A DNA stretch of 63,999 nucleotides, filler included, from a bacterium (GCA_027004335.1; 16 parts of 16 records of this genome joined end to end with filler, not necessarily neighbours in it), one strand, 5' to 3'; positions 42,150 through 53,307 are shown, counted from the first letter of the whole stretch. Numbers and translations: made by a program. The notes: generated from the sequence alone by a model not told the origin.

Positions 42150-42853
42150 CAGAGCCCGAGCATCTTGGAAATTATTTCAAGCATTATTTCAGAGGTACCT
42201 CCTCCAATGGTACCTATCCTTGAATCCCTCCACCACCTCTGTACAGGAAAATCCATTGCATAACCATACCCTCCGTGCACCTGTAACACCATGTCTGTAA
42301 CCCTGTTGCTCACCTCCGTGGCAAGGTACTTTGCCATTGTAAGCTCTTTGATAGCATTTTCTCCCTCCTTATAGAGGCAAAGACCGTGATATGTAAGCTG
42401 TTTTGCTGCTTCAATCATCGTAGCATAGTGGGCAAATTTATGCTTCCAGACCTGAAATTTTGAAATAGGCCTGCCAAAAGCGGTGCGATCTTTTGCATAT
42501 TTCATACCTTCATGGAGCGCATACTCTGCACCCATAACGGCACCAATTGCCATAACCAGCCTCTCAAAATCAAAGCCCATCATAATATTGTAAGCCTGAA
42601 CACCACCAGAACCACTTCTAACCAGCTCTTCAATTAAAACCGCCGCATGAACAGCATCCCCACCTGAACCACCATATTCCTCTGGAACTATTACTCCCAA
42701 CAAGCCTGCCTCTCCAGCTTTAATAAAAAGTTCATCAGGGAAATACTTCTCCTCCTCCCATTTATCCACATTCGGGATAATTTCTCTCTCAACAAATTTT
42801 CTTATCTGCCCTCTGAAAATCTCGTGTTCCTCAGAAAAAAGAGAACATTTCAT
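42149..42853 (-). pseudogene. acyl-CoA dehydrogenase with an in-frame internal deletion of about 147 aa
   Basis: N- and C-terminal domains align with the 7732..8877 paralog; the middle domain (TEP..GSD to KMG) is absent at GGVQA|YNIM. Confidence 0.8.
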
Positions 42854-43581
42854 CTTTTCTCCCCCACTAAATTGAAATATTCTGGAAAAGAATCAACTAA
42901 CTTCCAGCTGATCCAGAAATTTTTAAAACCTGAATCCTTAAGCTCTTCAATTTCTTTTGTAGATTCAATATGATATACAACTACATACTGAGATAGTTTC
43001 CTCGCTTTTTTCGCCAGAGAAGATAAATTCTTCATGGAAACAGCTACAATAAATTTCCCCCTGAATTTTTTTAATTCTTTATACTCACCTTCATCAGAAA
43101 AGATCACAACCGGATCAAACTCAAGATTTGCCGAATCATCAATGAGGATCTCAAGATGCTCATCATCAACGAGAGAGGGAAAAATAGTTACTGAGTCCCC
43201 CATGAAAAGCCTCGTTTCAACAAGCTGATAGCTTTCAAAAAATATATCTCTTCTAATAACCGGGTAGCTAAATTCTCTTTTACCTCGCTTAAGATACGAA
43301 ATATAATCATCATAGCCTTCGTCCCAGTCAGGATTTGTGGAAGCACTGAAAATTCTAAAACCTGCTTTAACATATTCCTCTACCACATTAAGTGGTTCTT
43401 TATCCAATATGATTGGAAGATCAAGAAAAAAATTAATATCACCATTCAGAAAGTTGCTTAGCTTAAGAGGACTTATCCTGGGATCCATCCATTTAATAAG
43501 GGAACCAACGGGGATAGTGGATTTTTTCCGTAGAAGCTTTTCTCTACTTTCCTCAACAATTTCCGGGGATAAATTGAACAT
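42850..43581 (-). CDS. degenerate indole-3-glycerol-phosphate synthase (TrpC)-like protein
   Basis: PVIRRDIFFESYQLVETRLFMGD resembles PxLRKDF..DxYQ..EAR..GAD; catalytic motifs missing. Confidence 0.65.
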   Translation of the reverse strand: MFNLSPEIVEESREKLLRKKSTIPVGSLIKWMDPRISPLKLSNFLNGDINFFLDLPIILDKEPLNVVEEYVKAGFRIFSASTNPDWDEGYDDYISYLKRGKREFSYPVIRRDIFFESYQLVETRLFMGDSVTIFPSLVDDEHLEILIDDSANLEFDPVVIFSDEGEYKELKKFRGKFIVAVSMKNLSSLAKKARKLSQYVVVYHIESTKEIEELKDSGFKNFWISWKLVDSFPEYFNLVGEKR

Positions 43582-43582
43582 A

Positions 43583-43780
43583 CTAAGCCTTTTCTACAGT
43601 AAACTCTTTTTTAAGCGGATCATACTTTAACAGGAACTTATTACCCTGTTCATCTTTAAATTCTGCCTTTCTGTCAAAATTTGTCTGCGCACTTTTGATA
43701 AGGAATTTTAAATACTCTGGTTTCACATCCTTAAACTTTTTCAATACCTCAATCCCCTCATTATCTCCACTCAGCTTCAT
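43583..43780 (-). CDS. small hypothetical protein
   Basis: 65-aa ORF with SD-like GAGGGG at the head of the operon. Confidence 0.6.
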   Translation of the reverse strand: MKLSGDNEGIEVLKKFKDVKPEYLKFLIKSAQTNFDRKAEFKDEQGNKFLLKYDPLKKEFTVEKA

Positions 43781-43918
43781 ACAAACCCCCTCTATTTTCT
43801 ATTATTTTATCAAAGGAAGTTTTATTTTCAAAATAGCACAAGTGGCATGTTTGCTTAAATATTACCTTTCTGATAAGATATAAAATGGAAGATTATTAAT
43901 GACTGGAGGTGAAACAAC

Positions 43919-44569
43919 TTGAATAACAGTGCATTAAGAGGAATCATTCTCTGGACAACAATAATTGTTTTTTTTATTCTGCTTTACAATCTCTTCTATA
44001 CTCCCCAGAAAAGAAAAACGGAACTCTCTTACTCAGAATTTATGGAGAAGGTTCAAAAAGACGATGTTAAATCGGTGGTGATAAAAGGTTCCGAGATTGA
44101 GGGACTTTTAAAGGATGGAAATCAGTTTCATACATACGCCCCGAATGACCCTCAACTTATAGAACTTCTAAGAAAAAGCGATGTTGATATAACAGCAAAA
44201 CCTCAACCGGAGGAACCTCTGTGGAAATCAATTCTTATAAGTTGGGCCCCAATGATCCTGCTGATAGTTGTATGGATAATGTTTATGAAACAGATGCAGA
44301 CGGGGAGCGGAAAAGCCTTCTCCTTCGGTAAAAGCAGGGCAAGAATGGTGGATGCCAATGAGAGTAAAGTCTACATCAAAGCTAGTGCTGGGATTGATGA
44401 AGCAAAAGAGGAAATTGAGGAGATAATTGAGTTTCAGGAGCATCCAAGAAAATTTACTAAACTCGGTGGCAAAATTCCTAAGGGTGTCCTTTTAATAGGG
44501 CCGCCTGGAACAGGAAAAACTCTCTTAGCAAAAGCAATAGCTGGAGAAGCAGGAGTTCCTTTTTTCTCA
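43919..44569 (+). CDS. ftsH: ATP-dependent zinc metalloprotease FtsH (3' truncated)
   Basis: Two TM segments, [42 protein letters not shown]. Confidence 0.96.
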
Positions 44570-44669
44570 NNNNNNNNNNNNNNNNNNNNNNNNNNNNNNN
44601 NNNNNNNNNNNNNTTAATTAATTAANNNNNNNNNNNNNNNNNNNNNNNNNNNNNNNNNNNNNNNNNNNN

Positions 44670-44842
44670 TCATCCATAGCTTCAATAGTTATAGTATAAT
44701 CTGTAGTATCACAATTTCCTCTACTTTCAACAGAGTAGCGATACGCTCCGTTAATTAGAGCAGAAATAAGGTCACATAAATTATCACCTTCCGCCTTAAT
44801 TAAGAGATCGGCGGGATGATCTATTATTCTATACTCACCCAT
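44670..44842 (-). CDS. archease, N-terminal fragment
   Basis: MGEYRIIDHPADL.I.AEG. Confidence 0.8.
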
Positions 44843-46287
44843 TAAACAAAAAATATAAACATAACCACAAAAAATGTAGGTATCAAAATCAACAGAGAAT
44901 ATTTTAAAATATACCCAAAGAAGCTCGGCATCGCTATACCCCACTCCTCAGCAATGGACTTGACCATGAAGTTAGGGGCATTTCCAATATAGGTATTGGC
45001 TCCCATGAAAACAGCACCGGTAGCAATTGATTCCAGGAACACCGCTTTCTTGGTAAGGAGAAGATGGACAGCCTGTGGCTCAGGCATCCCCACGAAGAAC
45101 TTTCCGAGAGCGGAATTGAAAAATGTGAGATAAGTCGGTGTATTATCAAGAAAACTTGATAATGTTCCTGTTGCCCAGTAGTAATGCGCCGGGGATTTTA
45201 TAGCAGCAATCAAACTCCCCATGGCACCTTCTTCACCAGCCCTTAAAATATCAATGGCAGGAATCATGGTAACGAATATGGCAGCAAAAAGTATCGCAAC
45301 TTCTTCAATGGCGAACCATGTAAATTCATTTTCCTTATAGAGTTCTTTTGCTGTAAATTTAAGAGAGAGGAGACCCATCAAGACCAGAAAGAGGTCCCTG
45401 ACTGTGTTAGAAACTTTAAGTCCCACAGGTCCCACATGATAAACACCCAGATTCACCAGGCCTGAAAAGAGAACACCTCCAATAATCCCTACGAGGAATA
45501 TGAAATTGTGAAGACCAACAATTTTCAATTTTTCTATTTTCTCAGGCTTATGACTCCTAACTTCTTCCGTCTCTTTTTTATAGAAATAGGAATCAATTAT
45601 AAAATAAATAACAAGTAACATCCCTACTTCAAGAAGCCATACAGGCAGCAGTCTGATGGTGGTCCAGAAAAAGGGGACACCATGCAGAAATCCCATGAAA
45701 AGAGGGGGATCACCAAGGGGAGTTAAAAGGCCTCCGATATTGCTGACTAAAAAGATGAAAAAAACCACAGTATGAACCTTGTGATCCCTGTGCCTGTTGG
45801 CCCTTAAAAGAGGTCTTATAAGGATCATAGAAGCTCCTGTTGTACCAACCCATGATGCGAAAAATGCTCCGATGAAAAGCATAATGGTATTTACAATGGG
45901 CTTCCCCACAAAGGACCCCCTCACAACAATCCCACCTCCAACAACATACAGGGACCAGAGCAGGATAATAAATGGGACATAATCACCAAGAATTATTTCA
46001 AGGAACTGCCCCCATGCTTCCCCTGTATATATAATAAGAAATGGGATGAGGAGGACCAGCCCCCATACAAGGGATACCTTACCAAAATGATGATGCCAGA
46101 AATCAGGGAGAACAAGCGGGAAAATTGCAATACTGAGAAGTATTCCCGCAAAGGGGAGTGTCCACCAGAGGGAGAGCTTTGCCCCCAGAGCTACTGCTTC
46201 ATCCACTTCTCCAGCAAATAAAAAAGATGGAATCATAGATAGAACAAGAATCATAAGAAAAAAAAGAAGGTTTTTTTTCTTCACCAT
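44842..46287 (-). CDS. putative sodium:proton antiporter (IT superfamily)
   Basis: GTTGASM, SNIGGLLTPLGDPPLF, SSFLDN.PTY, TYIGNAPNFMVKSIAE. Confidence 0.88.
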   Translation of the reverse strand: MVKKKNLLFFLMILVLSMIPSFLFAGEVDEAVALGAKLSLWWTLPFAGILLSIAIFPLVLPDFWHHHFGKVSLVWGLVLLIPFLIIYTGEAWGQFLEIILGDYVPFIILLWSLYVVGGGIVVRGSFVGKPIVNTIMLFIGAFFASWVGTTGASMILIRPLLRANRHRDHKVHTVVFFIFLVSNIGGLLTPLGDPPLFMGFLHGVPFFWTTIRLLPVWLLEVGMLLVIYFIIDSYFYKKETEEVRSHKPEKIEKLKIVGLHNFIFLVGIIGGVLFSGLVNLGVYHVGPVGLKVSNTVRDLFLVLMGLLSLKFTAKELYKENEFTWFAIEEVAILFAAIFVTMIPAIDILRAGEEGAMGSLIAAIKSPAHYYWATGTLSSFLDNTPTYLTFFNSALGKFFVGMPEPQAVHLLLTKKAVFLESIATGAVFMGANTYIGNAPNFMVKSIAEEWGIAMPSFFGYILKYSLLILIPTFFVVMFIFFV

Positions 46288-46465
46288 CTTTACCTCAGAA
46301 TTAATCTTTATACAGTGAAGGTTTTTATAGTATAGTTTTAAGGAAAAAAATCAAGTGATAAACAAAGAGAACCCCATATTTAAAAGAATCAGTATGAAAT
46401 CACTCCATAGGAGAAATATATGCAAGTTTTCAGCTCAAATTTTATTTCAGGAAGTTACAGCTCCC

Positions 46466-47498
46466 TTAAGAATTCAGAATCTCATCTTTCTTAATAGAAA
46501 AAAATCTAAGCGCAACTAACAGGATAATCATAAAAAAAGCGTCCCCTGCACTTCCTCTATCTCCCACACTACAGCTACAACCACTCTTACTCTTGGTACC
46601 CTCTGTAGAAGCTGTACCAGGTCCAGCATAAACTGGACATATGGGCTTTTGTTCTTGTTGTTGAAAAGCAACCCTCAGAGGTACATCCACAAACTCTCCA
46701 GAATCAGAAGAGACTTTTAATACAGCATAAGAGTACCCTGTGGTACAGGGATGTAGTGTTAGATTAATGTTACAGCTTTCACCATTACTCAAATTAGCAC
46801 AATTATTACTTCCCAATATAAAACAGCCTGAATCACCATCTATGGAAATGGAAGAAATACTTACACTACCATCCAATCCATTCACTTTAAATACCACAGG
46901 AGTATCCTCTGTTACTTCTCCAGAAAAATATGATGGTATAACATCAAAAGCAAACTGGATAGAAAACGAGGGAGCAAAAGACCTGTAATTACCATAAATT
47001 CTGTTCTGGTACCAGATAGGATAATCCACAAGTATCCCAAAAATGTTTAAACTGATATCTGGATTTTTTATTTCATACCAATTCTCTCCAGTAAATGAGT
47101 AGAGAAGCCCTTCATCCATACCAAGGATAAAAAGATTATGAGCAAAGAATAAAGAAAAATCATCAGATGAATCTATAAGATCTTTCGCCTCAGCGGGAAA
47201 ATCGTGCCAGCTCAGGACATCATCCGAGATAATTCCAAATTTATCACTATCTGGATCGACAACGACAAAAACTCCATTTCCATAGGCAGTATAAAAAGTT
47301 TTATCTGAAGTGTAACTCACAATATCTTTCCAGTTCTTAAAATCAGTGGAAACAGCTATAAAACTCCCACCACCATCTGAACCTGTGGCAACAATCTCAT
47401 CTCCTGAACAGGCAAAATTATCAATGTTCCGTGGAGTAAGATCTACTTTTTCCCAATTTATGCCATCGCTGGAAATATATATAACACCGGGGGAATTA
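46466..47498 (-). CDS. surface protein C-terminal part: Asp-box-like repeats, Ig-like (ASH-type) domain and MYXO-CTERM-like tail (5' truncated)
   Basis: Frame stays open to the contig edge (SSDGINW, STDFKNW); C..LSNGESC.I.L; tail SGCSCSVGDRGSAGDAFFMIILLVALRFFSIKK. Confidence 0.78.
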
Positions 47499-47752
47499 NN
47501 NNNNNNNNNNNNNNNNNNNNNNNNNNNNNNNNNNNNNNNNNNTTAATTAATTAANNNNNNNNNNNNNNNNNNNNNNNNNNNNNNNNNNNNNNNNNNNNTT
47601 TCTCCTGAACAGATGTTATAAATTATTTTACATGAAGAGATGGTTTAATCAAAAAATGTTAAGACACACGGTCATATATTTTGCAATTTTTAAAATTTTA
47701 TTAAAATTGATATCAAGACATTGTCTTATATAATTTAGGGGAGGAGGTTGTT

Positions 47753-48655
47753 TTGATAAAGCGGTTGGTTGATCTTTTCCCTCTGTGGGTGATTCTATTT
47801 GCAGTAGTAGGTCTTGTTGATCCGTCAATTATGGGTGGCTGGAAAAGTGTTATTGTTCCCGGGCTTGGTGTGATCATGTTGGGGATGGGTATGACATTGA
47901 CTTTTGAGGATATTACGAGAATAGTAAAGGATCCAAAGGGAATTTTTATTGGTTTTGTTTTGCAATTTTCCATCATGCCTCTGGTGGGATTTATTCTTTC
48001 TCTAATCTTTGGTTTCTCTCCACAGCTTCTTCTTGGGATGGTACTTGTAGGTTCTTCCCCCGGGGGCACTGCCAGCAATGTTATAACATATCTTGCAAAT
48101 GGTGATGTGGCACTTTCTGTATCCATGACTACTTTTAATACCTTACTGGCTCCAATCATGACTCCATTTCTTACATACATTCTTGCGGGACACTGGGTTC
48201 CGGTGCCTGTGTGGGCAATGTTTAAGAGCATTTTGGTAATAATAATTCTTCCTGTTACAGTTGGACTTTTTCTGAGATATTTTTTCCCAAAGGTGACGAA
48301 AAGTGTCAATATGATCTTTCCTCTGATTTCTGTTTTTACCATTGCACTTTTAGTGGGAATAATTGTCTCATTAAATAGAGGAAGAATTTTAGAGGCAGGA
48401 TTAATAGTGGCTGGCGCTGTAGTGTTGCACAATTTAACAGGATTTTTGCTTGGTTACTGGGGGTCAGCAGTATTTATAAAAGACATGAAACAGCGCAGGA
48501 CAGTCTCTATTGAGGTAGGGATGCAAAATTCTGGACTTGCTATGGCACTGGCAATTAAACACTTTACGGCTATTGCTGCCCTACCCTCTGCATTCTTCAG
48601 TGTATGGCATAATATTAGTGGCCCCATTCTTGCTACTGTGTGGAGGAGAAAGTAA
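47753..48655 (+). CDS. bile acid:sodium symporter family protein
   Basis: MLGMGMTL, QFSIMP, PGGTASNV, SIEVGMQNSGLA. Confidence 0.93.
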   Translation: MIKRLVDLFPLWVILFAVVGLVDPSIMGGWKSVIVPGLGVIMLGMGMTLTFEDITRIVKDPKGIFIGFVLQFSIMPLVGFILSLIFGFSPQLLLGMVLVGSSPGGTASNVITYLANGDVALSVSMTTFNTLLAPIMTPFLTYILAGHWVPVPVWAMFKSILVIIILPVTVGLFLRYFFPKVTKSVNMIFPLISVFTIALLVGIIVSLNRGRILEAGLIVAGAVVLHNLTGFLLGYWGSAVFIKDMKQRRTVSIEVGMQNSGLAMALAIKHFTAIAALPSAFFSVWHNISGPILATVWRRK

Positions 48656-48666
48656 GGAGAGATAAA

Positions 48667-48984
48667 ATGAAAGGCATTTTGAAAGTGGTTCTTAGTAGTC
48701 TTGGCATAGAAGGTTCAAGGAAAAATGTTGAGTTTTTAATGAATTCCCTCCTTGCTCTTGGTGTGGAGAAAGTCTGGGTGAAAGTTCCCCCCCTTCCTTT
48801 TAAGGAGTACGGAGTAAGAGAGTTAAGATTTTACCTCTTTGGCAGACTTTCCACAGGCTTACCTGTGGAAATAGCCATTGTAGAAGATGAAAGCCTTCTC
48901 TCCTTCCTGGAGGAAGAACTTGGAAGCGGACTCACAGGAGCAATTATAACTTTTGAACCTTCCTCAAAAGTTTTTTACCGCTAA
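48667..48984 (+). CDS. hypothetical protein
   Basis: ORF with SD AAGGAG directly after the symporter. Confidence 0.55.
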   Translation: MKGILKVVLSSLGIEGSRKNVEFLMNSLLALGVEKVWVKVPPLPFKEYGVRELRFYLFGRLSTGLPVEIAIVEDESLLSFLEEELGSGLTGAIITFEPSSKVFYR

Positions 48985-50425
48985 AGCTTTTCAATTGCCT
49001 CCAGCCACTGATTTATTTTCTCCTGCACCTTTATAGGATCCATCTCAGGTTCAAATTTTCTATCTTCTTTCCATACCTGTTTCAATTCTTCCTGGGAGTT
49101 CCATACCCCTACTGCAAGTCCTGATAGAAGAGCTGAACCGAGCCCTGTAGTTTCAATTATCTGAGGTCTAACTATGGTTGTCTGGAGGAAATCAGCCTGA
49201 ATCTGCATCAGAAGATTGTTCTGAGATGCACCTCCGTCAACTTTAAGCGCTTTTAATTTTTCCCCGAGATCATCCTCCATTGCTCTTATAATATCGTGGT
49301 TCTGTAGAGCAATGCCCTCAAGAGTAGCCCTTGCAATATGAGCGGCAGTGGTGCCTCTGTTAATTCCTGTTATGGCACCTCTTGCATTTGGCCTCCAGTA
49401 CGGGGCACCGAGTCCAGTTAGGGCAGGTACAAACACTACTCCTTCACTATCATCTACCTGAGATGCTAATTCTTCTACCTCTGGAGCAGCTTTTATTATT
49501 CTTAATCCATCTCTTAGCCACTGCACAGCTGCTCCTGCTATGAAAGCACTACCCTCCAGAGCGTAGTATACTTCTCCTCCTTCTTCCAGTTGCCATGCTA
49601 CCGTGGTTAAAAGCCCATGCTTGCTCTCCACAGGTCTTATTCCTGTGTTCATGAGCGTAAATGATCCTGTCCCATATGTACATTTTGCTTCCCCTTCCTC
49701 AAAACATACCTGGCCAAATAGGGCTGCCTGTTGGTCTCCTGCCATTCCTGCAACGGGGATCCCATCAGGTAAAAAATCAAGATCCTTTGTATATCCGTAT
49801 ATATAGGATGAAGGTTTTATCTCTGGTAGCATTGCCTCTGGAACCCCAAGGAATTCAAGTAATTCTTTATCCCATTCCATGGTATGGATATTCATCAAAA
49901 GTGTTCTTGATGCGTTGGAAACATCAGTTACATGCGCCTCTCCTGCTGTTAATCTGTAGACTAAAAATGAATCTACCGTACCAAAAAGCGCCTCTCCTTT
50001 TTCAGCTTTTTCTCTTAGCCCTTCAACATTTTCTAAAAGCCATTTTAATTTTGTTCCTGAGAAATATGGATCAATGACAAGACCAGTTTTACTTCTGATA
50101 ATATCCTCCTTTCCCTCTCTTTGAAGCTCCTCGCAGATAGGTGCAGTTCTTCTGCACTGCCAGACAATGGCATTGTAAAGGGGCCTGCTACTCCCCCTTT
50201 CCCAGACAAGGGTGGTTTCTCTCTGATTTGTGATCCCGATACCAGCAACATCACCGGGGTCAATAGCGGCTTTATTGATCGCCTCTCTTACCACATCCCC
50301 GACTCCATTCCAGATATCTTCTGGGTTATGTTCTACCCACCCTGGCTGTGGGTATATTTGAGGAAATTCTTTGTTAACTTTTGCTAGTAACTTTAGATCA
50401 TCGCTTAGGATCAAAGCGGTATTTC
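48981..50425 (-). CDS. glpK: glycerol kinase (a few N-terminal residues cut by the contig edge)
   Basis: GITNQRETT, YFSGTK, TDVSNASRT, GDQQAALFGQ, YALEGS. Confidence 0.97.
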
Positions 50426-50525
50426 NNNNNNNNNNNNNNNNNNNNNNNNNNNNNNNNNNNNNNNNNNNNTTAATTAATTAANNNNNNNNNNNNNNNNNNN
50501 NNNNNNNNNNNNNNNNNNNNNNNNN

Positions 50526-50942
50526 GTATTGAAGCTGCCAGTTTATGATGAGAAATTTCCTGAAGAAAAATTAAAATTTATGGAGAAGATTATAAAGAAA
50601 GGGAAGAGGATCCCCGAGAATAGAAATATTGAGGTAATAAGCAAGATTGATGAGTGGAGACGAAAAAATCCATTTCCTGTAATTTACTCAGCGTTGTGGA
50701 GCCAGGTAAGTGATCTTGATGGTGATAATTTTGTGGTTATCGGCGGTGATGTGGAGGGAGCCGGAATCGGCACCTATTCTATTCATGAGTGGAAGGATCC
50801 TGTTCTTGTATATCACTTTGATATTAAAGAAAAATTCAGATGGCTGAAAAAGCGTAACCCTGTAATTTTTAATTTACTCTATAAGCTCAAGAAAGAAGTA
50901 GATCCATCTGGTCTTATTAATCCACATGTTCTGGAGGTTTGA
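50526..50942 (+). CDS. C-terminal fragment of an FAD-linked oxidoreductase
   Basis: KLKKEVDPSGLINP terminal motif of the FAD-linked oxidase family. Confidence 0.55.
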   Translation, partial: VLKLPVYDEKFPEEKLKFMEKIIKKGKRIPENRNIEVISKIDEWRRKNPFPVIYSALWSQVSDLDGDNFVVIGGDVEGAGIGTYSIHEWKDPVLVYHFDIKEKFRWLKKRNPVIFNLLYKLKKEVDPSGLINPHVLEV

Positions 50943-50945
50943 TAA

Positions 50946-51143
50946 ATGGAAGAGAAAACTGGTATGGAAGAATTTGGTCCAAGGTTCCGATGTACAGTTT
51001 GTGGATATCTTTATGATCCCATGGAAGGGGATCCAGATAAGGAGATTCCTTGGGGTACTCCTTTTGACAAGTTGCCTGCGGACTGGAGATGCCCCAACTG
51101 TGGGGCTCCCAAAACCGCTTTTGAGCCAGTGGGAGAGGAGTAG
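50946..51143 (+). CDS. rubredoxin
   Basis: [12 protein letters not shown]...GTPF..LP.DW.CPNCG. Confidence 0.95.
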   Translation: MEEKTGMEEFGPRFRCTVCGYLYDPMEGDPDKEIPWGTPFDKLPADWRCPNCGAPKTAFEPVGEE

Positions 51144-51146
51144 AGT

Positions 51147-52976
51147 GTGTGTGGAATTGTTGGGTATATAGGGTCAGGAAAAGCTCAGGGAATTTTGATT
51201 GATGGTTTAAAAAAACTTGAGTATAGGGGGTATGATTCAGCAGGAATTGCTATTTTTGATGGTGAGACGCTAATAATCAAAAGGACCAAGGGTAAAATAA
51301 GGGACCTTGAAAAGATTCTGGCTAAAGAGCCAGTGAAAGGTTCTGTAGGTATCGCTCACACCAGGTGGGCAACTCATGGGAAACCTTCAGAAGAAAATGC
51401 CCATCCGCACAGAGTTGGACCTGTGGCTGTGGTTCATAATGGAATAATTGAAAACCATATTGAATTGCGAAAGTGGCTGGAGAGTAACGGACATGAGTTT
51501 TCCTCGGAAACTGATACGGAAATTTTTGCTCATCTGATTGAGGAAAAGCTAAAGGGAGGAAGTAGTTTTCTTGATTCAGTTTTATGGGCGTTAAAGCAGG
51601 TTAGTGGTTCTTATGCCATTGTTGTAATAAATGAAGATGAACCTGATAAATTAATTGGTGCAAGGAGTGGAAGTCCATTGATTTTGGGGCTTGGTGAAGG
51701 TGAGTATTTCCTCGCTTCTGATATTCCTGCAATTCTTTCATATACAAGGAATATGGTGTTTCTTGAAGATGGAGATGTAGTTACCCTTTCCCGTGAGACG
51801 GTAAAAATTTTTGATATTGAAGGAAAGCAGGTTGAAAGAGAGCCAAAGAGAATCACATGGGATCCCGGTATGGCTGAAAAATCAGGATACAAGCATTTTA
51901 TGCAGAAAGAGATATTTGAACAGCCAAGAGCAATAGCAGATACCCTTACAGGGAGAGTGTTTTCTGATTCAGGTGAGATTAGATTTGAATATCTTAATAT
52001 GAGCGAAGATTTTGCAAAGAAGCTTCAGAGGATCACCATTGTTGCATGTGGTACAAGCTGGCATGCAGGACTTGTTGGAAGGTATTATCTTGAAAAGTTC
52101 CTCAGAATCCCTGTAGATGTTGAGCTTGGAAGCGAATATCGCTACAGAGATCCAGTAATTTCTGATTACCATCTTGTCATAGGGATTTCTCAATCGGGGG
52201 AGACAGCGGATACAATAGCCGGTCTGAAAGCAGGAAAGGAGAGAGGAGCAAGGATTCTTTCAATCTGCAATGTGATTGATTCTTCTGTAGCAAGAATGTC
52301 TGATGATGTGCTTTACACTCATGCAGGACCTGAAATAGGGGTTGCCTCCACGAAAGCTTTCACAACCCAGATAGTAACTCTTTATATGCTTTCTCTTCTA
52401 TTGGCAAAACTCAGGGGTGATGTTGATGAGATTGAAGTTGCTGAAAAAATCGGGGATCTATTACAGGTACCCTCTCTCGTGGAAAAGGTCTTGAAGCAGG
52501 ACCCACTTATTGAAAAAATTTCACAAAAATATTACAAGTATCAGAATTTTCTCTATCTTGGAAGGCATCTTAATTTTCCTATTGCTCTTGAAGGGGCATT
52601 AAAACTCAAGGAGATCTCCTATATTCATGCAGAAGGTTACCCTGCCGGTGAGATGAAGCATGGTCCTATTGCCCTTATTGATGAAAATCTGCCAGTCGTG
52701 GCAGTTGCAACAAGGTCCACTGTTTACGAGAAGATCTATAATAATATTGAGGAAGTAAAAGCAAGGAATGGTGAGGTAATTGCACTTGCAAGTGAGGGTG
52801 ACAAAAGAATAAAAGATGTTGCCAATGAAATAATATATCTTCCTTTTTCCAATGAAGATTTAAGCCCGGTAATAAATGTAATTCCACTGCAACTTTTTGC
52901 CTATCATGTTGCAGTGAATCGGGGTACCGATGTTGATCAACCCAGGAATCTTGCGAAAAGTGTAACGGTAGAATAA
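51147..52976 (+). CDS. glmS: glutamine--fructose-6-phosphate transaminase
   Basis: MCGIVG, HTRWATHG, SQSGETADT, EGALKLKE, DQPRNLAKSVTVE. Confidence 0.98.
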   Translation: MCGIVGYIGSGKAQGILIDGLKKLEYRGYDSAGIAIFDGETLIIKRTKGKIRDLEKILAKEPVKGSVGIAHTRWATHGKPSEENAHPHRVGPVAVVHNGIIENHIELRKWLESNGHEFSSETDTEIFAHLIEEKLKGGSSFLDSVLWALKQVSGSYAIVVINEDEPDKLIGARSGSPLILGLGEGEYFLASDIPAILSYTRNMVFLEDGDVVTLSRETVKIFDIEGKQVEREPKRITWDPGMAEKSGYKHFMQKEIFEQPRAIADTLTGRVFSDSGEIRFEYLNMSEDFAKKLQRITIVACGTSWHAGLVGRYYLEKFLRIPVDVELGSEYRYRDPVISDYHLVIGISQSGETADTIAGLKAGKERGARILSICNVIDSSVARMSDDVLYTHAGPEIGVASTKAFTTQIVTLYMLSLLLAKLRGDVDEIEVAEKIGDLLQVPSLVEKVLKQDPLIEKISQKYYKYQNFLYLGRHLNFPIALEGALKLKEISYIHAEGYPAGEMKHGPIALIDENLPVVAVATRSTVYEKIYNNIEEVKARNGEVIALASEGDKRIKDVANEIIYLPFSNEDLSPVINVIPLQLFAYHVAVNRGTDVDQPRNLAKSVTVE

Positions 52977-52978
52977 TA

Positions 52979-53307
52979 ATGTCAGAGAAAAAAAGTAAGT
53001 TTCCTTCATTTCGTTTTAAAGGGATTCTTGCAGCGCCGGCTCAACCTGTTCTTCTTGCATTTGTTATAGGTCTCGTTGCAGCGGTTGGTAATATTGTTCT
53101 GAGATTTCTTGTGGAAGGCGCTGAGAAACATTTTCTGATTCCACTGGAAGAAGCTGCCTCTGGAGACTGGGTGGTAAGACTTATCATTATTGCTGTTCCT
53201 GTTGTAGGGGCGGTGATTCTGTATATTTATATGAAGATCTTCAAAGTGGAAGGTTCAGGTTATGGTTTTCCTGGATTTTTGGAAAAAGTTAATTTAAAAG
53301 GTGCTGT
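52979..53307 (+). CDS. chloride channel (ClC) family protein, N-terminal fragment
   Basis: Two TM helices then GSGYGFP, similar to the GSGIP filter region. Confidence 0.6.

Noticed and set aside
43843-43855. Sigma-54 promoter TGGCATGTTTGCT upstream of ftsH
   Set aside because: GG-to-GC spacing is 7 nt rather than the required 10
44340-44460. Unusual residues in FtsH ([13 protein letters not shown])
   Set aside because: Close to a contig end; similar noisy T/A-rich sequence appears at 9260-9290 and 63860-63915, so base-calling noise is more likely than biology
47713-48432. 239-aa minus-strand ORF and other long antisense ORFs in the track
   Set aside because: Shadows of well-supported genes on the opposite strand
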